Origin: Candidatus Shapirobacteria bacterium
GTDB taxonomy: Bacteria; Patescibacteriota; Microgenomatia; UBA12405
DNA: 64,000 bases
NCBI GenBank assembly: GCA_041659325.1
Contig: JBAZYN010000002.1
Coordinates: forward strand, 513-64,512
Reading direction: 5' to 3'
The notes beneath the pieces are model-generated. The model was not told the DNA's origin. It saw nothing but the letters and a program-made list of their open reading frames with translations, and ran no database searches. Of the stretch, positions 8,464-17,736 are shown in pieces. The position numbers and the translations under genes were made by a program. Each line of letters begins with the position of its first letter. The stretch's first letter is position 1.

Positions 8464-10212
8464 ATGATAAGAGCAATTATATTGGCAAGAGCATCTGACC
8501 CAAAACAAATTATCATGGGTGATACGTTGGACGACCAACTTTATCTCTGTAAGAAGCTCATAGTTGCAAGAGGGTGGGATTTAGCTGAAGTGTTTCCCTG
8601 TGTAGAAAGTGGCCGAAAGAAGGAAAAAGAATACTTTTGGAAAATCTATAAATATTGCGAAGAGAGACAAAATACTCCAAAAAAGATTGACTACTTGGTT
8701 GTGAAAAATTTGAGTAGATTTACGAGAGGTGGCGGTGCCGAGTATCTTTATCTTAAAAAACTTTTAGCTGAAGTTGGAGTAAAGGTTCAGGATACACTTG
8801 GAACCGTAGGAGATGAAATAAATACTTTGGGTGACTTAGGATTTAAATACGAGTGGAGCATTCAATCCCCCACAGAGGCCATTGAAGTGAGTCAAGCCGA
8901 GGGAAATTTGCAATACGTGAGAAATCAACTAACACAGATGATTAGTGGATGTATTCGCTATATCCAAAAAGGATATTGGAATGGTCCGGCACCTTTTGGG
9001 TTAAAAAACAAAAAGGTGGAAACTCAAGAAGATGGAATAAGGAACATTCTTGCTGAAAATACTATTGAAAGTCATTTTGTTAAGCGAATTTATGAGATGA
9101 GAGCTAGTGGAGTATCTGACAAGGAAATTGCTGAAAAAATAAATTTGATGGGATTTAAGACTAGGTTAATGGCAAAAAGAGACCCAATAACTAGGATGAA
9201 GATTGGAACAAGAGGGGGAGTTCCGCTTACCGTTAAGAAAATCCAAGAGTGGGTAGTTAATCCTATTTATTGCGGAGTCATTGTTGCTTTGTGGACAAAG
9301 TATCAACCTATCAAGGCAGTTATGTTTGACGGATTGGTTGATATAGAGACTTTCAACTCTGCTAATAAAGGTAAAATTTTTATATCAAAGAATGTTGATG
9401 GTACTTATTTGATTAAACGAAATATTAAATGGGCGAATATAAATCAACCCGATAAAAGAATGAGGTATAACCCGTTTTACCCGTACAAAGGCATTCTACT
9501 GTGCCCTGTATGCAAAAAAGAGGTCAAGGCGAGTGCTTCAACTGGCCATTTGGGAACTAAATATCCTGCTTATCACTGTGACAGGAATCACCATAAAAGA
9601 TGGCACGAAAAGCGAGAGGATGTTCATAAAATAGTTGAGAACTTTACAGAGAACCTAAAATTTTCTGAAGAATTTACAAAACTGTTTCAAGAAGTGTTTG
9701 TGGAGTCTTGGCAGGAAAAAAGACAAGTTGCCATGGTTGACAGTGAAAGGGCCGAAAACTACGTTTTAGAGCTTGTAGTGAAGCGAAAAAGCATATTGGA
9801 GACAATCAAAACAACTGATAGCTTGCCTGTCAAGAAGGCATTAGAAGAAGAATTTGAGGCAATTGATAGTGAAATAGAAAAAGCAAGAAGCGGGAGAAAT
9901 GGGGTGGAGAGAAAAGAGGTGGATATTAAGCATATTTTGAAATATGCGGGATATTTAGTGGAACACCCAAAGGAACTACTGATAGATACGGACAACATGA
10001 TAAATCAGAGGTATCTTTTCGGATTGGTATTTGACACCCTTCCAACAGTTGATGAATTAGTTAGTGGAACCGCCAAATTACAGCCAATATTCCAATTAAA
10101 GGGAAATGAAAATATGTCAAAAAGAGACTTAGTCCAGCGGGCAGGAGTCGAACCTGCTCAAAATGGTTTTACAGACCATCACCTAACCGTTCGGTCACCG
10201 CTGGTTATTTAA
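8464..10212 (+). CDS. large serine recombinase (phage-type integrase)
   Basis: Resolvase catalytic N-terminus IILARASDPKQ, recombinase domain, and zinc-ribbon CPVCKK...YHCDRNHH. The C-terminal 24 codons are antisense to tRNA-Tyr. Confidence 0.85.
   Translation: MIRAIILARASDPKQIIMGDTLDDQLYLCKKLIVARGWDLAEVFPCVESGRKKEKEYFWKIYKYCEERQNTPKKIDYLVVKNLSRFTRGGGAEYLYLKKLLAEVGVKVQDTLGTVGDEINTLGDLGFKYEWSIQSPTEAIEVSQAEGNLQYVRNQLTQMISGCIRYIQKGYWNGPAPFGLKNKKVETQEDGIRNILAENTIESHFVKRIYEMRASGVSDKEIAEKINLMGFKTRLMAKRDPITRMKIGTRGGVPLTVKKIQEWVVNPIYCGVIVALWTKYQPIKAVMFDGLVDIETFNSANKGKIFISKNVDGTYLIKRNIKWANINQPDKRMRYNPFYPYKGILLCPVCKKEVKASASTGHLGTKYPAYHCDRNHHKRWHEKREDVHKIVENFTENLKFSEEFTKLFQEVFVESWQEKRQVAMVDSERAENYVLELVVKRKSILETIKTTDSLPVKKALEEEFEAIDSEIEKARSGRNGVERKEVDIKHILKYAGYLVEHPKELLIDTDNMINQRYLFGLVFDTLPTVDELVSGTAKLQPIFQLKGNENMSKRDLVQRAGVEPAQNGFTDHHLTVRSPLVI
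10133..10204 (-). tRNA. tRNA-Tyr(GTA), class I (short variable arm), C1-G72
   Basis: Manual fold: acceptor CCAGCGG/CCGCTGG, anticodon stem ATGGT/ACCAT, loop CTGTAAA (anticodon GTA), T-arm GCAGG-TTCGACT-CCTGC, discriminator A73. D-stem is only 3 bp. Confidence 0.55.
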
Positions 10213-10588
10213 CTAAATATTTTTTATATTTTGGCCCCAGAACTAAATTGTATTTTGCAACAAGTTCCAGGCTAGGAATAAAATATTTTTCGAGATTTTG
10301 GGTAACGACAAAAAGATAGTCACAGTTTGCCGTGTCAAATTTTTTAATTTTTCCAACACTGGTTCTATTGCCACCTTTTACCGACAAATTGACTTCGTAA
10401 CTTTTTCTTTTATAGCTACAAGTTTTAACCTGGACTCTCCCCAAATGGCTTCCGTCATCAATGATTAAATCATAGTCTTGACTATCGGTGAGAGGGATAC
10501 CAACTGTGTATCCTACGCTTGTAAAATAGCCAATAGCTACACCCAATCCCATATCTCCTTGTTTTTTAGAGTTTTTAAAGAGCCCCAT
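10205..10588 (-). CDS. small PD-(D/E)xK / Mrr-cat-like restriction-endonuclease-fold protein
   Basis: GDMGLGVAIGYF...DYDLIIDDGSHLGRVQVKT resembles the Mrr catalytic core (D...Q-x-K). 127 aa, abutting the tRNA-Tyr 5' end. Confidence 0.4.
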   Translation of the reverse strand: MGLFKNSKKQGDMGLGVAIGYFTSVGYTVGIPLTDSQDYDLIIDDGSHLGRVQVKTCSYKRKSYEVNLSVKGGNRTSVGKIKKFDTANCDYLFVVTQNLEKYFIPSLELVAKYNLVLGPKYKKYLVK

Positions 10589-10669
10589 TAACAGTATGAT
10601 ACACCGTTAATGACCACTGGTAAAATGTAGATGATTATAGCAGATTTTGTTAACTGGTAGAATAATAAT

Positions 10670-11440
10670 ATGCGTAACATCAGAATAATTTCTTGGAATG
10701 TGGCCGGAATGAGGGCGGCGATAAAAAAGGGATTGTGGGATTTTGTAAAAACAGACAACGCAGAAATATATTGTCTTCAAGAGGTGAAAGCATATCCTTC
10801 GCAAGTGCCAATGATAGAGTGCCCCGGGGATTATATCCCCTATTGGAACCCGGCTAAAAAAGCCGGCTATTCCGGGGTAATGACATTGACGAAGATGGAA
10901 CCAAAAAAAGTAATTGTGGGAGACAGGGATAGCGATTGGGACGACGAAGGAAGGGTTTTGATAACTAAATTTGATGAATTTACCCTGCTAAATGTTTATT
11001 TTCCGAACGGCAAAAAGGATAAAGGAAGACTGCAATATAAAATGGATTTTTATGAAAATTTTTTGAAATATATAATCGAATTGAGAGAGCGGGGTGAAAA
11101 GGTTATATTTTGCGGTGACGTAAATACCGCCCATAATGAGATTGATTTGGCGAGACCAAAAGAAAACGAGTTGGTTTCCGGATTTTTGGAGATTGAGAGA
11201 AAATGGATGGATAAATTAGTAAAAAATGGTTTTGTTGATACCTACAGAATATTTAATAAGGACAGAATCGGATATAGCTGGTGGAGTCAAAGGGGCGGGG
11301 CCAGAAAAAGAAACGTCGGGTGGAGGATTGACTATTTCTTTGTCTCAGAAGAACTAAAAGATAATGTAGTTGGCGCTTTTATATTGCCGGAGGTGGTGGG
11401 GAGTGATCATTGTCCAGTTGGGATGGAGTATCGGATTTGA
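10670..11440 (+). CDS. xth: exodeoxyribonuclease III (AP endonuclease)
   Basis: IISWNVAG, CLQEVK, GDVNTAHNEIDL, WRIDYFFVS, GSDHCPV are ExoIII/APE family motifs. Confidence 0.9.
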   Translation: MRNIRIISWNVAGMRAAIKKGLWDFVKTDNAEIYCLQEVKAYPSQVPMIECPGDYIPYWNPAKKAGYSGVMTLTKMEPKKVIVGDRDSDWDDEGRVLITKFDEFTLLNVYFPNGKKDKGRLQYKMDFYENFLKYIIELRERGEKVIFCGDVNTAHNEIDLARPKENELVSGFLEIERKWMDKLVKNGFVDTYRIFNKDRIGYSWWSQRGGARKRNVGWRIDYFFVSEELKDNVVGAFILPEVVGSDHCPVGMEYRI

Positions 11441-12212
11441 GCATAAGTGAAGTACCAATACCGATAACCAAAGAATTGAAGAAAGGAAATGAGAGGTGGA
11501 TATTTTGTTTCAAAATGTAATTTAAAAGTAGGCCAATTATTACCCAATCCACGAACAAGATGATGGTGTAGATAAAAAGAGAGGTACCGTAGATTTCTAA
11601 TTTTTTATCGTTTGGGTGAAGTTTGAATATCTTTATAATGGTTTTGGCGACCCAAGAGTACCAGAGGTTTTGGCTGAGGAAAATGATAAGCAATAGTGGA
11701 GTGGCCATGAAGGGAACAAAATAATATAAATTACGTCCGCTTCGGAGGATTAAGGGCAGATACTGATTAACAAAATTAACAATTTGGTTTTTGTCCAAAT
11801 TGTAATTGACGGTGGCCGGAATTGTTTCTACCTTGTAGGTGTTTTCCTTGTCAGGATAGACGTAATAGTTGGTCCCGACCAGAGCAATCGGTTTGCAAAG
11901 GGAGGAGTAGGTTTCGTCAGTAAGAGATAGAACTCTAGGGTCCCGGTCGCCAGTAAAAACAATTCCCGATTGGCTTTTGTCGTCTAAAACAAGGCAATAT
12001 GGGGTTTCACGATTGACAGACACTTGGCCGCTTTTTACGGAGATAATCAGGTCGTCGGGGTAACGGGAAACCAGATTCGTGTCTACCCAGGTTGAAGCGT
12101 TAGACAAAATATCATTTAGGGTAGAAAGGGGCAAAATGAGATAGAACCAGCCAATGATGGATGACAAGAGAAGAAAGATAGTGAGGTAAAGGACCGATTT
12201 TTGGGTTTTCAT
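11379..12212 (-). CDS. hypothetical polytopic membrane protein (possibly DUF1189-like)
   Basis: N-terminal TM, extracytoplasmic domain, and four C-terminal TM helices. Its 3' end overlaps xth convergently. Confidence 0.4.
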   Translation of the reverse strand: MKTQKSVLYLTIFLLLSSIIGWFYLILPLSTLNDILSNASTWVDTNLVSRYPDDLIISVKSGQVSVNRETPYCLVLDDKSQSGIVFTGDRDPRVLSLTDETYSSLCKPIALVGTNYYVYPDKENTYKVETIPATVNYNLDKNQIVNFVNQYLPLILRSGRNLYYFVPFMATPLLLIIFLSQNLWYSWVAKTIIKIFKLHPNDKKLEIYGTSLFIYTIILFVDWVIIGLLLNYILKQNIHLSFPFFNSLVIGIGTSLMLKSDTPSQLDNDHSPPPPAI

Positions 12213-12231
12213 ATGTAGATTGTAACTTATT

Positions 12232-12930
12232 TTATGGTTTGATAATGAAATTCTTGGTCCCCTCTTTTTTTAACCAAAGATTGTTGGCTTTCCAATTTGG
12301 ATCGTATTTCCCGAAGGTCTCCCAATAGTGACGGCTGTGATTTTTAACCTCTAAGTGAATTAACTCATGCAGGAGAATATGGCGAAATTTATCTTTTGGA
12401 AAGAAAATAATTTGCCAGTTGAAATTTAAGTTGTTTCTGCCCGAGCAGGAACCAAAAAGAGATTTTTGGTTTTTCAAAGAAAGACGGAAATATTTGAAAT
12501 GATATAAGAGACAGAGATTGTCTAATTCCTGCCGGATTAAGGGTAGGGCTAAGCGACGAAGACGGGGTTCAAGGATTTTTTTGAGGTGGGGGCTGGTTTT
12601 TGTTTTGGCATTAATATCAATAATATGTTCATCGGGGAAAATAATAACCGAATCGTGTTTGGCCGGATGAATGTTTAGGGCGTATTTTTGATCGAGGATG
12701 GTAAGGGAAGAAAGACGAAGGAGGGAGCGGGGAGACTTAAATTTGGTTGAATTTTTAATAATCCAATCGGCATGCTGATTGATGAATTTTTTAATAAAGA
12801 AATCGGGGGTAAGATGAGGGCAGGAAACGGTAAAAGAAGAGCGTGATTTTAGGCGCAAGCTAAGGGAACGGACTAGTTTACGAAAGACAGAATATGTAAA
12901 GACTTTATTAGATAGCGTGATCTCGGGCAT
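12232..12930 (-). CDS. YgjP-like metal-dependent hydrolase (DUF45/WLM-type, HExxH)
   Basis: The C-terminal HELIHLEVKNHSRHYWE motif is typical of the DUF45 family. Confidence 0.7.
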   Translation of the reverse strand: MPEITLSNKVFTYSVFRKLVRSLSLRLKSRSSFTVSCPHLTPDFFIKKFINQHADWIIKNSTKFKSPRSLLRLSSLTILDQKYALNIHPAKHDSVIIFPDEHIIDINAKTKTSPHLKKILEPRLRRLALPLIRQELDNLCLLYHFKYFRLSLKNQKSLFGSCSGRNNLNFNWQIIFFPKDKFRHILLHELIHLEVKNHSRHYWETFGKYDPNWKANNLWLKKEGTKNFIIKP

Positions 12931-12995
12931 GGTATATAATTATATTTGATTAGGAATTATATATTTTAAACTGGATTAAAAAAGATTAGTGATAA

Positions 12996-13439
12996 ATGAT
13001 ATATATCGGGGCGGACCATAAAGGGCATAGATTAAAAAGCAGGATTGTGGATTGGATGAGGGGCTCGGGGATTGACTGTACTGATCTGGGGAATAAGGAA
13101 TATGACAGTGGCGATGATTACACAGATATTTCGATATTACTGGCAGAAAAGGTGGTATCTGAGAGGGCGAAAGGGATATTAATTTGCGGCTCGGGGGTGG
13201 GGGTATGTGTGGCGGCAAATAAGGTTAAGGGGGCGAGGGCGGCTTTGGTTACAAACGATAAACAAGCCCGATTGGCCAGAGAAGACGATGACGCCAACAT
13301 ATTATGTCTGTCGACTGACGTGGTGGGCGATGAAGATAATATCGGGATTGTTAAAACTTTTTTAGAGACAACTTTTTCATCTGAAGAAAGACATATCAAA
13401 AGGATTAATAAAATAAAGGAATATGAAAATAAATCTTAG
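12996..13439 (+). CDS. rpiB: ribose-5-phosphate isomerase B
   Basis: RpiB/LacAB pattern IGADHKG...LICGSGVGVCVAANKVKGARAAL. 147 aa. Confidence 0.85.
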   Translation: MIYIGADHKGHRLKSRIVDWMRGSGIDCTDLGNKEYDSGDDYTDISILLAEKVVSERAKGILICGSGVGVCVAANKVKGARAALVTNDKQARLAREDDDANILCLSTDVVGDEDNIGIVKTFLETTFSSEERHIKRINKIKEYENKS

Positions 13440-14475
13440 TCCTGTTTCTGAGGTAGATCCTAACTTAAGAGTCTTGTTGAGAATGGACACTGATCTTCCC
13501 ATGGATGACGGACAGATATTGGACAACAGCAGGTTGGTCAAGACTATCCCCACAATAAAGTTACTCCTGGAGAAGAATTGCAAAATTGTAATTATTGGCC
13601 ATCGAGGACGGCCGGAGGGAAAAATTGCCCCTGAAATGTCTTTGAAACAGATTTATCTGGAACTGATGGATTTACTGGAAAATGACGGACAGAGTTTAGT
13701 TGAGAGTGTGTTTGTAGAAAACTTTACCGATCAGGAAAAAATAAAACAGGCACTGGAAACAAATCAGATAGTTTTTTTGGAAAATCTGAGATTCCACCCC
13801 GGAGAAGAGGCCAATGACCCCCTTTTCCTGAAAGGATTGGTGGATCTATGCTCGGTGTTTGTAAATGATGCCTTTGCGGTAGCCCACAGGAAATGCGCCT
13901 CGATAATGCTTCATAACACCATGCCTGCTTTTTATGGGATAAGTTTTGTTGAGGAGGCAGAAAAAATTGCTAAGTTACTGGATCCGGAACGACCGTTGAC
14001 AATAATTCTGGGGGGGGCAAAAAAAGATAAACTGGATTATTTGCCGGAGTTAGAAAAGATAGCAGACAGAATTTTGATTGGAGGAAAATTACCAAAATTA
14101 ATGCAAAACCCCTCCCCCGCTTCGCGGGACCTCCCCTTGACAGAGGAGGCTAAAGTTGTGGTGGCAAAATTAAGGGAAGACGGATTGGATTTGAGCGATG
14201 AGGATATCGAAAAATTTAAAGAAATAATAAATAGCTCTAACACAGTTATTTGGGCCGGAGCAATGGGTTTTTACGAGTCTCCGGAGAGTAAAAAAGGGAC
14301 CGATGAAATAGCTAGCGCAATTGCGGAGGCAAATGCATATAAGGTAATTGCCGGTGGGGATACATCGGCTTCGGTGAGTAATTTGGGGGTGAGAGAAAAA
14401 ATTGATTATGTGTGTTCCGGGGGCGGGGTAATGCTTGAATTTTTAGCTAAGGGAACTTTACCGGCTTGGGGATAA
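13423..14475 (+). CDS. pgk: phosphoglycerate kinase
   Basis: FLENLRFHPGEE, IILGGAKKDKL, CSGGGVMLEFL. A compact 350-aa form. Confidence 0.9.
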   Translation: MKINLSPVSEVDPNLRVLLRMDTDLPMDDGQILDNSRLVKTIPTIKLLLEKNCKIVIIGHRGRPEGKIAPEMSLKQIYLELMDLLENDGQSLVESVFVENFTDQEKIKQALETNQIVFLENLRFHPGEEANDPLFLKGLVDLCSVFVNDAFAVAHRKCASIMLHNTMPAFYGISFVEEAEKIAKLLDPERPLTIILGGAKKDKLDYLPELEKIADRILIGGKLPKLMQNPSPASRDLPLTEEAKVVVAKLREDGLDLSDEDIEKFKEIINSSNTVIWAGAMGFYESPESKKGTDEIASAIAEANAYKVIAGGDTSASVSNLGVREKIDYVCSGGGVMLEFLAKGTLPAWG

Positions 14476-14512
14476 TGAGGTGAATTGAGGAAAAATGGTT
14501 TATGATTAAGAT

Positions 14513-15556
14513 ATGGATAACATTAAACCAAAAATAAAAATCGGCATAAACGGTTTCGGGAGGATTGGGACGGTGGTGTTGAGAGCTATTCTAATGGAAA
14601 AATATGACGTTGAGGTGGCGGCAATAAACACAACCGGAGCTTTTGGGGTTGATACTTACGCACAACAATTCAAATATGACTCGGTATACGGAAGAATTCC
14701 GTTAAAAGTAGAGGCCAGAGATCCCGAGAAAGGTGCGGAGTTGGGGAGGCTCATGGTTGGAGACTTAAGTATTCCGGTTTTGGGGGAAATGGATCCAAAT
14801 CGGATTAACTGGAGGGGGTACGGGGTAGATGTTGTTTTGGAATGTACCGGAGCCTTTACCGATAATAAGGCCCTGGCTCATATTAAAGCAGGAGCCAAAA
14901 AGGTGGTGATTTCAGCTCCGGCAAAAGATCCGAAAATTCCGGTGTTTATCCTGGGAGTGAACGAGGAAAAATATAAAGGAGAGGCTTTGATTTCAAACGG
15001 CTCATGCACGACTAATTGTGTCGCTCCAATTGTAAAAATTATTGATCAGGCTATTGGCTTTCAGGAGGGTATTCTGACGACAATTCACGCTTATACGACT
15101 AATCAAAATATTGTTGACGGAGCCGGTAAGGATCCGCGAAGGGCCAGGGCAGCGGCAATAAACATTGTTCCGACTTCCACGGGGGCGGCCGAGGCAGTAA
15201 TCGCTGCTTATCCGGAGTGCAAAGGGCGGTTTGCCGGGACAGCCATAAGAGTACCGGTGGTATGCGGCAGCTATTCTGATCTTACATTTAAGCTAACCCG
15301 GAGGACAACAGTGGAAGAAATTAATTCAATATTGGAAACGGCTAGTGTTTCTCCCATATTGGTGGGAAAATTAAAAGTTTCCTATGAACCACTAGTTTCT
15401 TCTGACATCATTGGAAATAACGCATCGTGCGTCATTGATACAATGATGACTAAGGTGGTTTCCGACGACATGGTGTCAATCGGGGCGTGGTATGATAACG
15501 AATATGGGTACAGTTGCAGGCTAGCAGAAATGGCGATGTATGTCGGCCAAAAGTAA
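14513..15556 (+). CDS. gap: glyceraldehyde-3-phosphate dehydrogenase
   Basis: IGINGFGRIGT NAD-binding motif and SNGSCTTNCVAP active site. Confidence 0.9.
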   Translation: MDNIKPKIKIGINGFGRIGTVVLRAILMEKYDVEVAAINTTGAFGVDTYAQQFKYDSVYGRIPLKVEARDPEKGAELGRLMVGDLSIPVLGEMDPNRINWRGYGVDVVLECTGAFTDNKALAHIKAGAKKVVISAPAKDPKIPVFILGVNEEKYKGEALISNGSCTTNCVAPIVKIIDQAIGFQEGILTTIHAYTTNQNIVDGAGKDPRRARAAAINIVPTSTGAAEAVIAAYPECKGRFAGTAIRVPVVCGSYSDLTFKLTRRTTVEEINSILETASVSPILVGKLKVSYEPLVSSDIIGNNASCVIDTMMTKVVSDDMVSIGAWYDNEYGYSCRLAEMAMYVGQK

Positions 15557-16202
15557 AATGACGATAATTCCCACTATTTTTGATAAAGATTACAGAGAGG
15601 CGGAAAGAAAACTGGGGCTAGTTTCCGGATTGACTAAGTGGGTTCAGATTGATGTTACAGATGATATGTTCACCCCAGGGAAAACTTTTGAGCTGGAACT
15701 ACTGAATAAGTTTGAGACAAACGGGATTAATTTTTTGTACGACATACACTTAATGGTTAAAGATCCGATTAAATGGTTGGAAAAGTGTTTGTTTGTCAAT
15801 GCGACCAGAGTTATCGGGCAGGTGGAAATGATGAGTAGCGTCGAGGCATTTGTCGAAAAATCAAAAGATATCGGTTTCGAAGCAGGAATTGCCTACGATT
15901 GGGGAACAGAGATTGGGAAAATCCCCAAGGAAACTGATGAAATACTTTTAATGGGAAGAAAGGCAGGGTTTGGTGATTTTGAACTGGAGAAGGGTATATT
16001 TATAAAAATTGAGGCTTTAAAACAGAGGAGGGTTGATGATAATTTGGATTTTATGATCGGAGTTGATGGAGCAGTGACTTTGGGAAATGTGGCAAAAATC
16101 AAAACGGCGGGGGCGGATTGGGTGTATTGCGGAGAAGCTGTTTTTCATGGTAACGTCAATGACAACTTAGACTTGTTAAGAAAGGAGATAAAGAGTGATT
16201 GA
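15540..16202 (+). CDS. rpe: ribulose-phosphate 3-epimerase
   Basis: IDVTDDMFTPGKTFE, HLMVKDP, GVDGAVTLGNV...AGADWVY match the Rpe barrel pattern. Confidence 0.75.
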   Translation: MSAKSKMTIIPTIFDKDYREAERKLGLVSGLTKWVQIDVTDDMFTPGKTFELELLNKFETNGINFLYDIHLMVKDPIKWLEKCLFVNATRVIGQVEMMSSVEAFVEKSKDIGFEAGIAYDWGTEIGKIPKETDEILLMGRKAGFGDFELEKGIFIKIEALKQRRVDDNLDFMIGVDGAVTLGNVAKIKTAGADWVYCGEAVFHGNVNDNLDLLRKEIKSD

Positions 16203-16773
16203 CAAAACCAGTAAAAAAATAAAAAGAATAACATTTTTTGGCGATGGAGATAGGCGGTGTGAGGATAAAAAATATTACAGGCAAGCCTTTGAGTTGGCGA
16301 AACTATTAGCAGAAAACGGATATATTGTAGTAAACGGCGGTGGCCCCGGGGTGATGAAGGCAGCAACTTTGGGGGCAAAAGCAGGGGGAGGGAAGGTTGA
16401 GATAGCGATTTTGGATCCAAAGAACCAACCGGCAAATTATGAGGGGGTCAATAAAGATAATTACGCGTTGGCAGATAAGATATTCATGATGTCTTCGTAT
16501 GAGACTAGGCTGAAAAAACTGATGAACCGAGGAGATGCCTTTGTAATTTTTAGCGGAGGGACGGGAACGATATCGGAAATCGGGATGACATGGAACAGAG
16601 CAAAGTATGAGTATGGGCATCATGAACCGCTAATTTTTTTCGGTAAATTCTGGAGGAGGATTGTGGCGGATTTAATTGCCGGCCTGGGCCTGGAAGAGAA
16701 AGAAAAAAAGGTGGTAGAGATGGTGGAAAGTCCAAACGAGGTGCTGAAATTACTGAAAAGAATCAGCGGATGA
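16195..16773 (+). CDS. LOG family protein (cytokinin riboside 5'-monophosphate phosphoribohydrolase-like)
   Basis: GGGPGVMKAA and FVIFSGGTGTISEI (PGGxGTxxE) motifs. GTG start with an AAAGGAG Shine-Dalgarno. Confidence 0.75.
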   Translation: MIDKTSKKIKRITFFGDGDRRCEDKKYYRQAFELAKLLAENGYIVVNGGGPGVMKAATLGAKAGGGKVEIAILDPKNQPANYEGVNKDNYALADKIFMMSSYETRLKKLMNRGDAFVIFSGGTGTISEIGMTWNRAKYEYGHHEPLIFFGKFWRRIVADLIAGLGLEEKEKKVVEMVESPNEVLKLLKRISG

Positions 16774-17709
16774 GGTCTTGAGGACAGGGCGGGAATTTTG
16801 TTGGATTTCGATGGGAAAGACTTCTTGTCTTAGAATCTCATTTTTGGTGAGAGTGAGACGGACTATATTTGAATGGGAGGTGGCGTACGACCAACTTTGA
16901 TCAAAGATAAAATTACCATAAGAATAAAAAATCGGTTTCCCCCGGTAATACTCTTCCGGCTGCCAGACATGAGGGTGATGGCCGTGAATTATGTCGGCGC
17001 CAGCATCAACCAGATCTTTTCCAAATTTTTGCCGCCAGGCTTCTGGCTTGGGAAGATATTCGTTTCCCCAATGGAGAGAAACAATGAGCCAGTCGACTTG
17101 TCCGTCTGAGTTTTTAACAGTTTCGATGATTTTGTTTTTATCGTAATTGGGGTAGGTAATAAAGTCATAACTTAAAAAACCAAATTTAATATCATTGACG
17201 GTTTTGGTGACAAATTCTTTGTCAGGATCGTGACCGTAGATGTAGACGAGACTGTTTTGATCCAACATATCCTCTGTTTGGACTAGCCCATCCCGGCCAT
17301 AATTTAAAATATGATTATTGGCCAGTGATAAGACGAATTTATTTTCGACCAGTTGGGGCAGAAAACGAGTGTCTCCGCAAAAGGTAAATGTGCCGGTAAA
17401 ACCGGTCGGGCAGTCGTTGATAATCGGACTTTCAAGATTAGCCAGATTGAAATCATTTTCTTTTAACCAATCTCCTACTCCAGAAAAGCTCCATGAAAAA
17501 TCATTCCTAGACCTGGCTGTGGAAGTGATGTGGCGTCCTAAACCAAGATCCCCTACTAATCCGAGAACCACTGGCGGAATGAGGGTAGGAGAGGGTTGGA
17601 CCGTGGGGGGAAAAGCTGAGGGGGATGATTCTTTGACGGAAATTGATTTGGGGTTGGGAGAAAAAAGGGAAAGAAAAAAGGCGGTTATTAATGCGATAAC
17701 AGAAGACAT
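16750..17709 (-). CDS. CapA/PGA_cap family metallophosphoesterase-like protein (poly-gamma-glutamate capsule synthesis family)
   Basis: LIVSLHWGNEY and GADIIHGHHPHVWQ motifs. N-terminal signal/TM. Confidence 0.75.
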   Translation of the reverse strand: MSSVIALITAFFLSLFSPNPKSISVKESSPSAFPPTVQPSPTLIPPVVLGLVGDLGLGRHITSTARSRNDFSWSFSGVGDWLKENDFNLANLESPIINDCPTGFTGTFTFCGDTRFLPQLVENKFVLSLANNHILNYGRDGLVQTEDMLDQNSLVYIYGHDPDKEFVTKTVNDIKFGFLSYDFITYPNYDKNKIIETVKNSDGQVDWLIVSLHWGNEYLPKPEAWRQKFGKDLVDAGADIIHGHHPHVWQPEEYYRGKPIFYSYGNFIFDQSWSYATSHSNIVRLTLTKNEILRQEVFPIEIQQNSRPVLKTSSADSFQ

Positions 17710-17736
17710 ATAATTGTTTAGTATACTTGATATTGT

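Larger units (their letters stand above)
2650..10212. mobile_element. putative integrated element / genomic island at tRNA-Tyr (recombinase + R-M + Imm + repeat proteins)
   Basis: Serine integrase abutting a tRNA, phage-like immunity gene, R-M cargo, and hypothetical repeat proteins between housekeeping genes. The left boundary is not defined. Confidence 0.45.

Noticed and set aside
16306-16735. Minus-strand ORFs (16306..16623, 16550..16735, 16145..16435) opposite the LOG gene and rpe end
   Set aside because: Antisense to well-supported genes and Pro/Ser/Leu-rich low-complexity. Spurious.
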